A DNA stretch of 64,000 nt from Hemiscyllium ocellatum (Eukaryota): positions 45,730,117-45,794,116 of the forward strand of contig NC_083410.1 in assembly GCF_020745735.1 (NCBI RefSeq). The letters are read 5' to 3'. How positions within the stretch are numbered: the stretch's first letter is position 1; each line of letters starts with the position of its first letter. Below are positions 27,206 to 41,326 of this stretch, piece by piece. Below the pieces are notes generated by a model that saw nothing but the letters and a program-made list of their open reading frames with translations, did not search any database and had not been told where the DNA came from. Made by a program: the position numbers and the translations under genes.

Positions 27206-27700
27206 CATAGAACATAGAACAGTACAGCACAGAACAGGCCCTTCAGCCCACGATGTTGTGCCTCATGTAATTGATCCTCATGTAAGGTAAACCTAATGTA
27301 CGAACCCTCAAATTTCTGTGACCATATGCATGTCCAGCAGTCTCTTAAATATCCCGAATGACCTCACTTCCACAACTGCTGCTGGCAACACATTCCATGC
27401 TTCACAACTCTCTGTGTAAAGAACCCGCCTCTGACATCCCCTTTATACTTTCCGCCAAACCGCTTAAAACTATGGCCCCTCATGTTAACAATTTCTGCCC
27501 TGGGAAAAAGTTTCTGGCTATCAATTCTATCTATGACCCTCCTTATCTTCTTCAGCTCAATTAGGTCCCCTCTTTTCCTTCTTTATTCCAATGAAAAAAG
27601 TCCGAGCTCAGTCAACCTCTCTTCATAAGATAAGCCCTCCATTCCAGGAAGCATCCTGGTAAACCTCCTCTGAACCCTCTCCAAAGCATTCACATCTTTC
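27206..27700 (-). mobile_element. CR1 3' end
   Basis: (TTCTATG)n tail at 27206-27220, and CR1 C-terminal coding sequence ([22 protein letters not shown]). Confidence 0.88.
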
Positions 27701-28624
27701 CCATTAGTTAGTTTACAATAGATAACAGCCAATCTATTTAAAGCATCAGTGTTAGGCATGCCCTAAAAATAGTTTTTTTTAATATCAAGTAATAATTATC
27801 ATAGATGTTCAGCCATCAGTTGGTTGAGCAAAGCCCATCTGTGCAGCTTCAACCATATTGGGAATCAATTGTCACTTGAGAACATAACCCATTCTGGCAT
27901 AAGCAGAGTCTATAAAGTAGTGGTTTATTTCTCCCAAAAGCCACTGTTGGAATTATTTACTCGTTCTACTAAAAAAGTGAAGTAGAAATAGGATAAATGA
28001 CTTGTCAGCAGTGGTTTACTAAAAAATAAGTCATGTGGCATTGTGATTATATTACACTCTTGCCCTTTAATCTTTTGGATCGTGGTGTTTGGTATTGATG
28101 GCTACTTTCTATTAACAGCATGTTTGAGAGTATTATGATTTCTAATTAAACAACCAATAATATTTTTATTGTCGTGGCACAATTCTCCTGCTAATTGTTT
28201 ACATATGCAGTCAGAAGTTTGCAATAATTCAATACACTTGCAGCTTGAATCTCATAACTGCAATATTTAAACAACATATCACCTATCCCCCTGTATGCGA
28301 TCTCTTTGTTTCAGGCACAATTTGAGCATAAGGATTTCTAGAAGGCTTGAAAATCCATCGGGGTTGATTAGCTTCCCTGTTATTTTTTCTTATAGTGTTT
28401 TATGCTGGAGATGCCCCATTGTTGCTAACATGTTGCAATAGGACATTTTAGTTTCTTTTGCCATCGCCATTATCTCAGTCTTGGCTCTGTCACTACTGAC
28501 ATAAATGTTGCGGATTAGTGACCCACTTTAGGTCTTCCGTGCAGACTCTGGTGCAGCTGTGTCAGAGTTACCATCTTTTGTTTGAGGCATTCAAGCAATG
28601 CTCTATCCTCAAATCATTTCTATA

Positions 28625-28868
28625 AAAACAAGAACAGAAATTGCAGGAAAAGCTCAGCAGATCTTGAAGTATTCATGGAAAGGCAGCAGAGTCAACACTT
28701 TGGGTCAGTGATCTTTCTACAGAAGGGTTCTGCAGTTCAGAGAAAGGGTTACTGGAACTGAAACATTAACTCTGCTTTCTATCCATAGATGTGGTCAGAC
28801 CGCTGAGTTTCTGCAGCAATGCCATTTTTATTTTTGATTTCCAGCATCTGTGGTTCCTTGTTTTGCTT
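28625..28868. mobile_element. Penelope-derived fold-back element (old)
   Basis: Imperfect inverted arms (agcagagtcaaca / attaactctgct) around a degenerate hammerhead gttcagagaaagggttactggaactgaaacattaac. Confidence 0.55.
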
Positions 28869-29548
28869 CCATAAAATAAACAGGTTATTTGGTTATTTAT
28901 CTTATTGCTGTTTCTAGGACATTGCTGTATTAGAACAATGACTACACTAAAAAAGGACAATTGAAGTGCTCTCAAATGTTTTGGGACATGCTAAAATTAT
29001 GAAAGGTATATATATAAATGTGAGTAATTTCTCTGTGCATATGGACACTAAGAACTGATACAGATATTGTACTAATGATAAGGTTGTAAAGCAGCTATTA
29101 TCTGTGTTGGTTCTCTATTGTGCCTTATAATCATACCAATTAAAACTGTAAAAGCACTAAAATATCTTTAAAGCAGTTTATTAAGTCTAATAAAAACCCA
29201 GTTATGTATGGTATCATTGTATAGATTATTTAATAATAGATGCTTGTGTCAAAATAAATAATCTCATGATATAAAACATTGGAGTAAATATCCCATACAA
29301 TTGGATAGTATTAGATATAAAATTATCACTTTGTTTATTATCTATAGTTTATGATATTTACTACAATTAATGTGGTTCATTTGCTTATATATCAGAAATT
29401 TTACAGACTGAGAAATTCTGTACTTTAGATTCGGTGCATCTCTGAATAATTTACATCCATTAAGACATTAGATGCTCCATTCTTGAAAGATGTAATGAGA
29501 TTACTATATAACATCTCTCTCTATTTTATATTTTTGTATTTTAGCAAG

Positions 29549-29743
29549 AACTCTTAGAATTGATTGGCTATCCCTAGACGACCAAATGATATCATCTAAG
29601 GATATGAAATTAGGAGAAGAACATTGCATCAATGTGTCATGTCATGAATTCAAAAGACAGATCAAAACAGTCAATAGTGTGTTTATATTCAATAAAAAAT
29701 AAATGAAAGTAACTGTGGTCAGGGATATCCTCTTATCTGCCAG
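29549..29743 (+). pseudogene. USH2A: USH2A exon, homolog of human exon 48; disrupted
   Basis: TLRIDWLS[1-bp deletion ~29574]RRPNDII*GYEIRRRTLHQCVMS*IQKTDQNSQ*CVYIQ*KINESNCGQGY..., versus human SLQIDWVSPRKPNGIILGYDLLWKTWYPC...CKAVRCQKPESICGHICY. Stops at 29597 (TAA), 29645 (TGA), 29675 (TAG) and 29693 (TAA). The putative donor reads cag|ggagtc, with no GT. Confidence 0.85.
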
Positions 29744-30878
29744 GGAGTCAAGTACTGAAATATATTAATTGTTTTGCAAATGCCATAAATTATTCTATAA
29801 ATAGAAGACTGAAGGGAGTTGTTTTGATACTTGAGGCAGAATCTTGAGATTACAATCCCTCGTGGAAAAGCAGGACCATTTTTGGATCAGGATACCAATT
29901 TACTGGTCTAAGCAATACCAATGCTCTTTCCCAGACTAAGACAAGCATCATCTGGTTTCTGGGTTTGCCAAACTCACCATATTGGATGTTGAATGGATTT
30001 TTTTCCTGTTCTCTGAGAACAGCAGGAGGCGGCCTGACAACACCACCAACATTTTTGTGCACAACTCTCCTCTGACCATCAAATCTTGGTGTCCTTTCCA
30101 ATTTGCTTCTTAAATATCCATTTCATCAGATAACACTCATGCACATCTCTTGCTCTTTTGACCTTTTGCACCCTTTTGCTCACAGTTACTTCCTACAAAT
30201 ATTAACCCTTTATCTTTAGCAATAATTTGAACTCTCACTAACTGTTTAAATTTTCTGATTGTAGGAGATCGTCCACCCCCTCCAAGGGAGAAATTGAGTA
30301 CTGTTGGTGGACCCATGGAAACCATGATGTGGAGGTTCCATTGTTGGATGGGGATGGATAAGGTCAGAAGTTGCACGAGACCAAGTTATAGTCCAACAGG
30401 TTTATTTTCGGAACACTGTTCCTTTGTCAGGTGAAGTGTGGCCACCATTGAGAAGGAAACCCTGGAGATAACATCGTATAGCAGCTCAGGCTGTTGTTGA
30501 TGGGGAGAGGAGTGATCCAGAGGCCTGATGACAGCATTCAATATCACATTAGCACTTGGCTCTTAAATTGTGCCTTTGTTAAATCAGTGTCACTGTATAT
30601 TAGTTGTCGTGATCTGCATTATACTAATTTGGAATCTAATTTCACCTGCCTCATGACTGACTTGTGCCTCACAGAATTCCAGTGCTGGTGGTGACAGAGA
30701 AGACAGGAGGAGTCTAGGAGGTCCCCTGACGAGTCCCAGCACTGTGATTCCTGTACAACTTCCATTAGCACAGATACATATACCTTGTGAGTCTAACCTC
30801 AACAAAAGACAAAGTGGCATACAGTAAAAAGCACTTTATACATGAGCAAGTGTGAGCAATGGGCACAGAGGCAGCAGT

Positions 30879-31138
30879 AGCGCCAGGGACGCAGGTTCGA
30901 TTCCAGCCTTGGTCGACTGTCTGTGTGGAGTTTGCACATTCTCCCTGTGTCTGCATGGGTTTCCTCCTCCAGTCCAAAGATGCGCAGATCAGGTGAATTG
31001 GCCATATTAAATTGCCCATTGTATTAGGTGTGTTAGTCAGAAGAAAATGGGTCTGGTTGGGTTACTCTTTAGAGAGCCAGTGTGAATTGTTGGGCCGAAG
31101 GGCCTGTTTCTACACTATAGGGAATTTAATCTAATCTA
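30879..31138 (+). mobile_element. HE1/V-SINE (5' end clipped)
   Basis: agcgccagggacgcaggttcgattcc (B box), V-domain and a tail ending aatctaatctaa. Confidence 0.88.
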
Positions 31139-31559
31139 AAACCCTAATGACAGAGTCAGACCTGTACAGATGTAAATGGGGTGGTCTTTGACAGGGCTCT
31201 CATAGACTTCAGAGCTCAGATGTTCTTTGCCACTGCCATTTTGTGGCTCAACAAAGGATTAAAAACTCTCCAGTTAGTGTATTTCATGTAGCACCATTTG
31301 CCAATCAGAAGAGTCATTGAACCCAATAACTCCACTTTCTCTCCACAGGTCTTGCCAGACCTGCTGACTTTCTCCAGCACCTGCTGTATTTTTAGCCCGA
31401 ATTTGATTGTTAGCAATCAAACTACCAGGAATATTGCGAGGCTTGCTTTAGAGCAAATCATATGAACCCCCCTTTTTTTCTTTAATTTAAAGATGCCTCA
31501 AAAAATAATAATCTTGTAAATCATATAATTTTAAAATCACCATCATCTGACCAGACCAT

Positions 31560-31755
31560 AGGAAAGTTCCCTGATTAGAGAGGGACAACTGGTTGTGGTT
31601 CAACCTGGGGGTCACCACAATTCAGGCGGGTGAAGTGGTAAAGGAGGAGAATCCATCATGATAACCTCAGCCAGTGCAGGAATTAAACCCACACTGTTGG
31701 CATCATTCTGGATCTCAAACCAGTCTTCCAGCCAAGTGAGCTAAACCAACCCCCA
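31560..31755 (-). mobile_element. tRNA-derived SINE (distinct family)
   Basis: - strand ggggttggtttagctcacttggctgg (A box) ... gtgggtttaattcctgc (B box-like). Confidence 0.5.
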
Positions 31756-31949
31756 CATAATTGTAACAGTGCATCATAGAAATAGAAATCTCTAACAGCG
31801 AATTCTATCCCTGAAGGCACATCATGATACTCCCCTTTTTCCTGATCTTCTTCCAATGATGTAGCATGATCTCCACTTTCTTCTTGCCTCTTATGACAGA
31901 TCTAGTCCTCTATAATCCTGGACGTTCTTGTTGGATCATATTGAAGGGC

Positions 31950-32630
31950 ATCACCAGATCTGACCATGCAGCAGAACCTTTTCTTAAGTAATCCAATTAT
32001 TTGGCATTTGGGCTTCAAGGAATATCTTTTGGCCCTAAGAAGCTAAGTATGGAAGTGATCTGGAGGAAGGAAAACCTGCTGTATATGGATTGGCCAAAAG
32101 ATAAACAACTATGGAAGCTCTCTGGATATCCAAGGGCAGACTTGCATTATGGTCCTCTGATGAAACCACAAGCCAGTTGCAATTAAAGGGAGTGGAAGTC
32201 ATTCCCATGAACCAAAGCACCTGGCTGATACAATGTTGCCTTAATTACCATGTGGGTTCAGTTTCTGACCCGCTGGAGATGTGGATAGCTGGCAACTGAA
32301 GCAACCCCAAAAGCTCTCTGGATTTGACTGGAAGCAGCTATAATTGAGTCCTCTAATGCAAAGCAATCCTGTCATGAGATGGAGATTGTGAGATCCAACA
32401 GATGTCACCCACCAATGACACAAAACACACAGATGAGAGGATTTGAGAGTTACGCTTATCTTGACAGCCATGTGCAACACATGATAGCCACTGATTTTGT
32501 TGGAAGCTTGCTTTCACAAGGTTGTAAATGCCTGCAATGGCCTGTTGCAAGAACTTCAGCCTTCTGAAACCCTACTTGTGAATGAAAAGAACACAATGGC
32601 CATTTCAAGCATCGCTTTCAATGCCCATAC
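31950..32630 (+). mobile_element. Very degenerate PIF/Harbinger transposase relic
   Basis: Scattered motif remnants in the expected order (GS...AGDV; KG..CLQW; RT.GHFKHRF), with heavy frameshifting. Confidence 0.3.
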
Positions 32631-35264
32631 ATGAGTATTTACCAACACAATGAGAAGCTTACATTGAATACAGAATGTCCACACACACAAACCCTAGAAA
32701 GTCCAGTGTGTAGCCACAAATTTCAAATCATTTCCATGAGGTAACATCTTCTAAATATTACCAACATATCTTTTTGAACAGGTTGTTCAGCCACCTTAAA
32801 CTTCACTGTGCACATTCACGGCAAGTTGGGGTCACATTTCCCCCCTTTTCAATTTCAGCCCACTGCCCAATCTTTCAGCAGGGGAGGATAGGGGTTGGAG
32901 AAACAGGATGGGGTTACAGGGTTAAAATTCCACCTTGCTTGGATGATATCTTCCCTGAAGATGTTTAATGTTAAAAGATTTGACTTCTGTTCAGCTTTTC
33001 GACAAAGAAGACTTATTTTACTGAAAAATAAATCAGTTTCAAAGTAAAATGCAAGACTGAATCCGCAATGAAAGTGTATTGTGTTTTTTTGAATTATTGA
33101 GCAGTATACTAAAATGACTTTACTTAAACTAAGATGCTGGAGAAACTGAGGGAGGACTCAGTTTGAGAAGCAGCTACAGCTCACCGACTAAGTCCCAAAA
33201 TACTGATTTATAATCAATTCTGTGTGCAGCTTAAATATTTTATTTATTTCACGGGAATGCCAATAGTAAATATCTTTTTGTTTCAACAAAGTCTTTCCAA
33301 ATATATGCTTTTTTCTGATGGCTGCAAGAAAGTAATAGATTGTTTAAATTTATGTTAAAAGGATTTCTCCTTTAAATCTTTTCATCAACACAAGACTGAG
33401 CATTCATTAAAAATAGCTTCAGAGACAAATCTATGGTTATACTTGTAAGATTCTTGGTAGTGAGTGTAGTGCTACGAAACATGAGTATGAGGGCTGTATT
33501 GCAGATATTCTGATAGCAGCAGCAGCAGCAGAGTCAACTAAGAAACTTGAGATGGAATTTAAATCGGACCACACATTAACATTCAGACTTCCTGTGGAGG
33601 ATGAGTTATGCCAAGGAGAGTAGAAAAGTGATTGCGCAAAAACCAAAGAGTTGATGAATTATGCCTTAACAAGCGAATAATACAACTGATATTTTCTTTG
33701 GAGACAAAGCAAGTTAGATTACTTAAACTAAGGAAGATAATGTTTCTATTGAAGGTTGGGGGATAATAGACATAAACAAATGGAAGACACTAAAATTGTA
33801 ACAAAGCTTATTCTATTGTATTAATCATCAGAATTAATGGGAAAATGATGGATATACTAAATTTATGTTTTTAATGCTTCTTAACTGAATTTAAGTCTTA
33901 TTTTTTCTTTTGTACAGAACCAAGCAATACCCTTTCACAGATCCCAGCCACCATTTTGCTTATGTGGATATTCTTTATGTATGAGACTAGGCTGTGAATG
34001 TCAGTGGTGTTACTGTGACAAGAGGAATGTGCTGATAATCATTCCCCACGACTCACACCATTAGTGCAAATATTTTAACTTAATCACCAAAATGGCCAAT
34101 TGATTCCCTTTTGCTATCCAGATTTTTAAACAAAATTCACAAATTCCTTTAATAAACTCAAGGTTAATCCTTTTATCATATGACAACACTCCTAAAAGCA
34201 AGAGGCAAAACGGGTTAACATCGAAACTGTAACTTGGAATGAGACCTAATCCTCTTTTGATCCCAAAACAAATATGAACACTTAAGATAAAGGACAGCAA
34301 AGACTCTACGGGGATGATATTCTGAAAGAATAGAAAAAAATAAAACACCCTTATTAGCTAATGACTGTGTAACAACCATTAGAATATGATGAATTTTGTC
34401 AGTTCACTGGATTTCTTCTGGACAAAATGGAATGGCTGACAGCCGTAAACTGATGAAAGATCTTCCAAGCATGCCCAATAGATGGAAATCAGGCTGATTC
34501 CAACTCTTTGGGAAGCAATCACAGTTCAGTTTCTCAGGGTTGACAGGGTGTCAAAATATTGAGATGTGGAAACTTTATCAGGTTCCCAATAACTTTATTT
34601 TCCTTCCATTTCCATTGCTCCCTCTGTCTCCTTGATTGAACCCCTCTTTGCTGATCAGTCACAGTTCCCTCTCTTCCATCATTCCTCTATCTATCGAACT
34701 GTCTCTGTCTGTCCCTCTCTTGCAGAACTGGAACAGAAGTACAACTCAACATGTACATCCACTTCACTGGTGAGCAACTTGGAGACAGTGTGTCTCCAAC
34801 TCACCAACCAAATTTAATCAAGTCCAAGTTTTAAACAGGTCTTGGCATTTTGTTCACATCCTGTCGGGCAGCAATATCCAAATTCATTCCTATTGACTTT
34901 AATTTGATCACTGTCCATGATATGTACGTTTTTCTTTATAGCCTCATCACGTACCATTAATGTTTTCTGTGAACTGCATACAGTTCAACAGGGTTTTTGA
35001 TGTGGCAAAATTAAAAAGCTATTGTAGTGGTCTGCTTTTGTTGAAAAACATACATGTGTAAGTGTAGATGGAGTCATTTATCATAATTAACAATGCAAAG
35101 GTTAGTTTGTTGAGCAGCTTTGAACCATTTCAAACTCTTTCTTGATTCACTGAGTCCCAACTTTATAGTTGAGCAGCTTCATTACCACTGAAGTTTTACT
35201 CAGTTGTTACAGTGGGAAACTGATTATGTGTTTTGCATGAAATGCTCCATAATATTCTTAATCG

Positions 35265-35433
35265 GTTTGCTGTGATGGAGTGCTGTACAGCAGTCAGCCA
35301 GGCTATGCTTGCTGTGAAGACAGATACATTGTGTCAAGTTTGAATTCCTTCGTAGTTTGTTGTGGTGGGTTTCTCCACACTTTACAACCTGGATTTCACT
35401 GTTCTGGGACTTACTACATCAGAGTTCTGCCAG
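35265..35433 (+). pseudogene. USH2A: USH2A exon, homolog of human exon 49 (Cys-rich region); acceptor mutated
   Basis: 169 bp, VCCDGVLYSSQPGYACCEDRYIVSSLNSFVVCCGGFLHTLQPGFHCSGTYYIRVLP, versus human VCCNGVLYNPKPGHRCCEEKYIPFVLNSTGVCCGGRIQEAQPNHQCCSGYYARILP. Donor cag|gtaggc is intact; the acceptor reads aatcg| (CG instead of AG). Confidence 0.92.
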
Positions 35434-35745
35434 GTAGGCAAGACTAATTTTTTGTGAGTTCTGTTGTTTGATTATGCACTGACATTCAGTATTTGACATT
35501 TTTAGTATGATTAAATGCCTAGTGCTCATTTACTCCTCAAATGAACCTCACAATCTTAAGTATATCATGCACTAGAGACATACGTACTGGGAGGAAAAGA
35601 AAACTGACCTCTGTATAGTGATAGTATTCTACAAAACTAAACTCTGTCAATATATGTCATCAAAAATCATATCCATGTTAAAATCTAGTTTGCAAAATTG
35701 CCCATGTGTTTCCAGTCTTCCAGTGCTATTAAAGATCTTTGAATA

Positions 35746-36135
35746 GAAAAGAATAGAATATCCTTTATTGTCATGTATTCTCCAGTACAAAAGTACAGGA
35801 ATACAGTGAAAAGTATTTATAGAGGCTGTCTTTGATCACACCATCTTAGCTACAAATACCTAGGTATAAATTTAGATACACAAGAGGATTAAAAGGAAAA
35901 CTAGTAGCATTATTTATAGTGTGTAGAAATTAAGTTAAAGATATGATAGTTGTAACAGAGTTAAAGGATTTACATTACAGTCCAGTAAACAATTTCAGAT
36001 CGCAGCAGCTCAGCATATGATCTGACCACAAGCACCAGGCACAAGTCCAACAACTGCCCCGCTGTTTACCAGCCTCCAGAGCCCTCCTCACTAGCACTCA
36101 GCTGCAACTAGGTAAGGCACATGGTACCAGGTCTC
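35746..36135 (-). mobile_element. 3' part of a Rex1-related non-autonomous element
   Basis: (TATTC)n tail on the - strand; tttattgtca...tacagtgaaaagtattt resembles the 3' ends of the Rex1 copies at ~50572 and ~56120. Confidence 0.55.
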
Positions 36136-37391
36136 ACTTCACTTCGCATTGCACCAGATCTCGGGTTTCCCCCTCACATCGCACCAATACTCGGATACTC
36201 CCCCCAACACTGCTCCAAAACTCAGTATTCCCCCTCACATCGCTCCAATACTCGGGTATTCCCCCCAACACCGCTCCAAAACTCAGTATTCCCCCTCACA
36301 TCGCTCCAATACTCGGGTACTCCCCCTCACACCGCTCCAAAACTCGGTATTCCCCCTCACATTGCTCCAATACTCTGGTATTCCCCCTCACATTGCTCCA
36401 ATACTCGGTATTCCCCCTCACAACACTCCAATACTCAGCTATTCCCCCTCACACCACTCCAATACTTGGTATTCCCACTCACATCGCTCCAATACTCCGG
36501 TATTCCCCCTCACATCGCTCTAATACTTGGTATTCCCTCTCACACTGCTCCAGTACTCGGGTATTCCCCCTCACATTGCTCCAATACTCCGGTATTCCCC
36601 CTCACATCGCTTCAATACTCTGGTATTCCCTCTCACACTGCTCCAATACTCAGGTATACCCCCTCACACCGCTCCAATACTCGGGTATTCTCCCTCACAT
36701 CCTTCCAATACTCGGGTATTCCCCCTCAGCCCACTTCAATACTCAGATTACCCCCTCAAATTGCTCCAATACTCGGGTATTCCCCCTCAGCCCGCTCCAA
36801 TACTCGGGTATTCTCCCTCACATCCTTCCAATACTCGGGTATTCCCCCTCAGCCTGCTTCAATACTCGGGTTACTCCCTCAAATCGCTCCAATACTTGGG
36901 TATTCCCCCTCAGCCTGCTCCAATACTTGGGTATTCCCCCTCAGCCCGCTTCAATACTCGGTATTCCCCCTCACATCGCTCCAATACTCGGGTATTCCCC
37001 CTCACATCGCTCCAATACTCAGGTATTCTCCCTCACACTGCTCCAATACTTGGGTATTAACATTCGCATCGCTCCAATACTCGGGTATTCTCCCTCACAT
37101 CGTTACAATACACGGGTTTCCCCCTCACACCAATCCAAAACTCGGATTTCGCCCTCACACCTCTCCAATACTCCAGTATTCCCCCTCACACCGCTCCAGT
37201 ACTCGGGTGTTCCCCCTCACACCTCTCCAATAATCGGATTTCACCCTCACACCGCTCCGATACTCAGTTATTTCCCTCACAATGCTCCAATACATGGGTT
37301 TCCCCCTCAGAACACACCAATACTTGGGTTACCCCTTACACCACTCCAAGACTTGGTTATTTCCCTCACAATGCTCCAATACTCAGGTTTC

Positions 37392-37582
37392 CTCAGCGAG
37401 TCGTGAGTTCATGGAATGCCCTGCCAGTGGCAGTGGTGGACTCTCCCTCTTTATGGGCATTTAAACGGGCATTGGATAGGCATATGGAGGATAGTGGGCT
37501 AGTGTAGGTTAGATGGGCTTGGATCGGCGCAACATTGAGGGCCAAAGGGCCTGTACTGCGCTGTTTATTTCTATGTTCTATG
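37392..37582 (+). mobile_element. CR1 3' fragment inside the minisatellite, copy 1 (5'-deleted)
   Basis: ctcagcgagtcgtgagttcatggaatgccctgcc...ttctatgttctatg, near-identical to copies 2 and 3. Confidence 0.9.
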
Positions 37583-40500
37583 ATACTCAGGTTTGGCCCT
37601 CACACCATTCCGATACTCGGTTATTCCCATCACACCTCAGCAATACTCAGGTTTCCCCCTCACAATGCTCCAGTACTCGGGTTTCCCCCTTAACCAGCTT
37701 CAATACTCGGGTATTCCCCATCACACCACTCCAACACTCGGGTATTCACCCTCACATTGCACCAATTCTCGGGCATTCACCCTCACAATGCTTCAATACT
37801 CGGGTTCCCCCCCCCCCACCCTATTCCAATACTCACGTCTCCCACTCACACCACTGAAATACTCGGGTTTCCCCCTCACATCGCTTCAATACTCAGGTTT
37901 CCCCCTCCCACTGCTCCAATACTCGGTATTCTCCCTCACATCACTCCAGTACTCAGGTTTACCCCTCTCATCGCACCAATACTCGGGTATTCCCCCTCAG
38001 CCTGCTCCAATACTCGGGTACTCCCCCTCACATCGCTTCAATCCTCGGGTTTCCCCCTCACCCCGCTCCTGTACTCGGGTCTCCCTCTCACACCGTTCCA
38101 ATACTCAGGTTTCCCACGCACATCGCTCCAATATTCAGGTTTCCCCCTCACACCGCTTCAATACTTAGGTATTCCCCCTCACATTGCTCCAATACTCGGG
38201 TTTCCCCCTCACACTGCCCCAATACTCGGGTATTCTCACTCGCATCACACCAATACTCGGGTATTGCCCCTTAGCCCGCTTCAATAATCGAGTATTCCCC
38301 TTCAGCCCGCTCCAATACTTGGGTTAGCCCCTCACATCGCACCAATACTCAGGTATTCACCCTCAGCCCGCTCCAACACTCAGGTATTCTCCCTCACATC
38401 GCTTCAATACTCGGGTATTCCCTCTCACACCACTCCAGTACTCGGTATTCCCCCTCACATCGCTCCAATACTCGGGTATTCCCCCTCATACTACTCCAAT
38501 ACTCAGGCATTCCCCCTCACACCACTCCAATACTCCAGTATTCCACCTCACATCGTTTCAATACTCGGGTATTCCCTCTCACACCGCTCCAATACTCGGG
38601 TATTCCCCCTCACTCAGCTCCAATATTCGGATTTTCCCCACACACCGCTTCTATACTTGGTTATTCACCTCACAACGCTCCAATATGCGTGTTTCCCCGC
38701 CTTGCACCACTCCAGTATGCGGGTTTCCCCCTCACACTGCTCCAATACTCGGGTTACCCCCTCACATCGCTCCAATACTCGGGTACTCGCCCTCAGACTG
38801 CTCCAATACTCGGGTTTCACCCTCACATCGCACCAATACTCAGGTATTCCCCAACAGCCCGCTCTAATACTCGGGTACTCCCCCTCACATTGCACCAATA
38901 CTCGGGTATTCCACCTCACACCGCTCGAATACTCGGGTTTCCCCCTCACATTGCTCCAATACTTGGGTTTCCCACTCATACTCCTCCAATACTCGGGTTT
39001 CACCCTCACATCACACCAATACTCGGGTATTCCCCCTCAGCCTGCTCCAATACTCAGATATTCCACCTCAGCCCGCTTCAATACTCAGGTTTCACCCTCA
39101 CATCGCTCCAACACTCGGGTATTCCCCAACAGCCCGCTCCAATACTCGGGTTTCCCCCTCACTCCGCTCCAGTACTCGGTTATTCCCATCACACTGCTCC
39201 AATACTCAGTATTCCCCATCACATCGCAGCAATACTCAGGTTTCCCTCTCACACCGTTCCAGTACTCCGGATTCCCCCTCACACTGCTCCAATACTCGGG
39301 TTTCCCCCTTACCCTGCTCCAATACTCAGGTATTCTCCCTCACACCGCTTCAATACTCTGTTATTCCCCTCACAATGATCCAATACTCGGGTATCCCCCT
39401 CACATTGCACTAATACTCAGATATTCCCCCTCACATCGCTCCAATACTCAATTTCCCACTCACACCGCTCCAATACTCGGGTTTCCTCCTCATACCCCTC
39501 CAATACTCAGGTTTCTCCCTCAAATCACCCCAATAATCGGGTTTCCCCCCCACACTGCACCAATACTCGGGTATTCTCCCTCACATCGCTCCAATACTCG
39601 GGTTTCCCCCTCACACTGCTCCAGTACTCGGGTATTCTCACTCGCATCGCACCAATACTCGGGTATTCTCCCTCACATTGCTCACAGCACGGCATTCCCC
39701 CTCACACGGCTCCAGTACTCGGGTATTCCCCCTCACACCGCTCCAGTACTCGGGTATTCCCCCTCACACCGCTCCAGTACTCGGGTATTCCCCCTCACAC
39801 CGCTCCAATACTCGGGTTTCGCCCTCACACCACTCCAATACTCAGGTATTCCCTCTCACATTGCACCAATACTTGGGTATTCCACCTCATACCGCTCGAA
39901 TACTCGGGTTTCCCCCAACACTGCTTCAATACTCTGGTTTCCCACTCATACCTCTCCAATACTCGGGTTTCACCCTCACATCACACCAATACTCGGGTAT
40001 GCCCCCTCAGCCCGCTCCAATACTCGGGTTTCCCCATCACACCGCTCCAATACTTGGGTTACCCCCTCACACCACACTAATACATAGGTTACCCCCTCAC
40101 ATCGCTCCAATACTCGGGTATTCCCTCTCACATAGCTTCAATACTCGGGTTTTCCCATCACCCCGCTCCAGTACTTGGGATTCCCCCCTCACATCACATC
40201 AATACTCGGGTTTCCCCCTCACACCGCTGCAATACTCGGGTTTCCCCTCACACCGCTCCAATACTCGGTTATTCCCCCTCACACCACTCCAATACTTGGG
40301 TTTCCCCCTCACATCGCACCGATACTCAGGTTTGCCCCTCCCACTGCTCCAATATTCAGTATTTTCCCTCACATTACTTCAATTCTCGGTATTACCCCTC
40401 ACACTGCTCCAACACTCAGGAATTCCCCCTCACACTGCTCCAGTACTCGGATTTCCCCCTCACATCGATCCAACACTCGGGTATTCCCCTTCACATCGCT

Positions 40501-41326
40501 TCAATACTCGGGTATTCCCCTTCAGCCCGCTTCAATACTCAGGTTTCACCCTCACATCTCACCAATACTTGGGTATTCCCCCTCACCCCACTCCAATACT
40601 CGGGTATTCCCCCCCTCATCGCTCCAATACTCAGGAGTTCCCCCTCACACCGCTCCAATACTCGGGTATTCTCCTTCACACTGCCCCAATACTCGGGTAT
40701 TAACACTCGTATCGTTCCAATACTCATGTTCCCCCCTCACACCTCTCCAATACTCCGGTATTCCCCTTCACACCGCTCCAATACTCGGGTTTCCCCCTTA
40801 CCCTGCTCCAGTACTCCGGTTTCCCCCTTACCCTGCTCCAATACTCGGGTTTCCCCCTTACCCTGCTCCAATTCTCAGGTATTCTCCCTCACACCGCTTC
40901 AATACTCTGTTATTCCGCTCACAATGATCCAATACTCGGGTATCCCCCTCACATTGCACCAATACTCAGATATTCCCCCTCACATCGCTCCAATACTCTT
41001 GTATTCCCCTTCACAACGCTCCAGTACTCGGGTATTCCCCCTCACACCGCTCCAATACTCGGGTATTCCCCCTCACTCTGCTCCAATATTTGGGTTTCCC
41101 CCTCACTCTGCTCCAATATTTGGGTTTCCCCCTCACACCGCTCCAATACTCGGGTTTCACCCTCACACCGCTCCGATACTCAGTTATTTCCCTCACAATG
41201 CTCCAATACATGGGTTTCCCCCTCAGACCACTCCAATACATGGGTTACCCCCTTACACCACTCCAAGACTTGGTTATTTCCCTCACAATGCTCCAATACT
41301 CAGGTTTCCCCCCTCACACCACCCCA

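Noticed and set aside
29850-30101. - strand ORF with a gtgagt donor-like site; faint resemblance to L1 ORF1
   Set aside because: There is no convincing acceptor or protein match, and the similarity is too weak to call.
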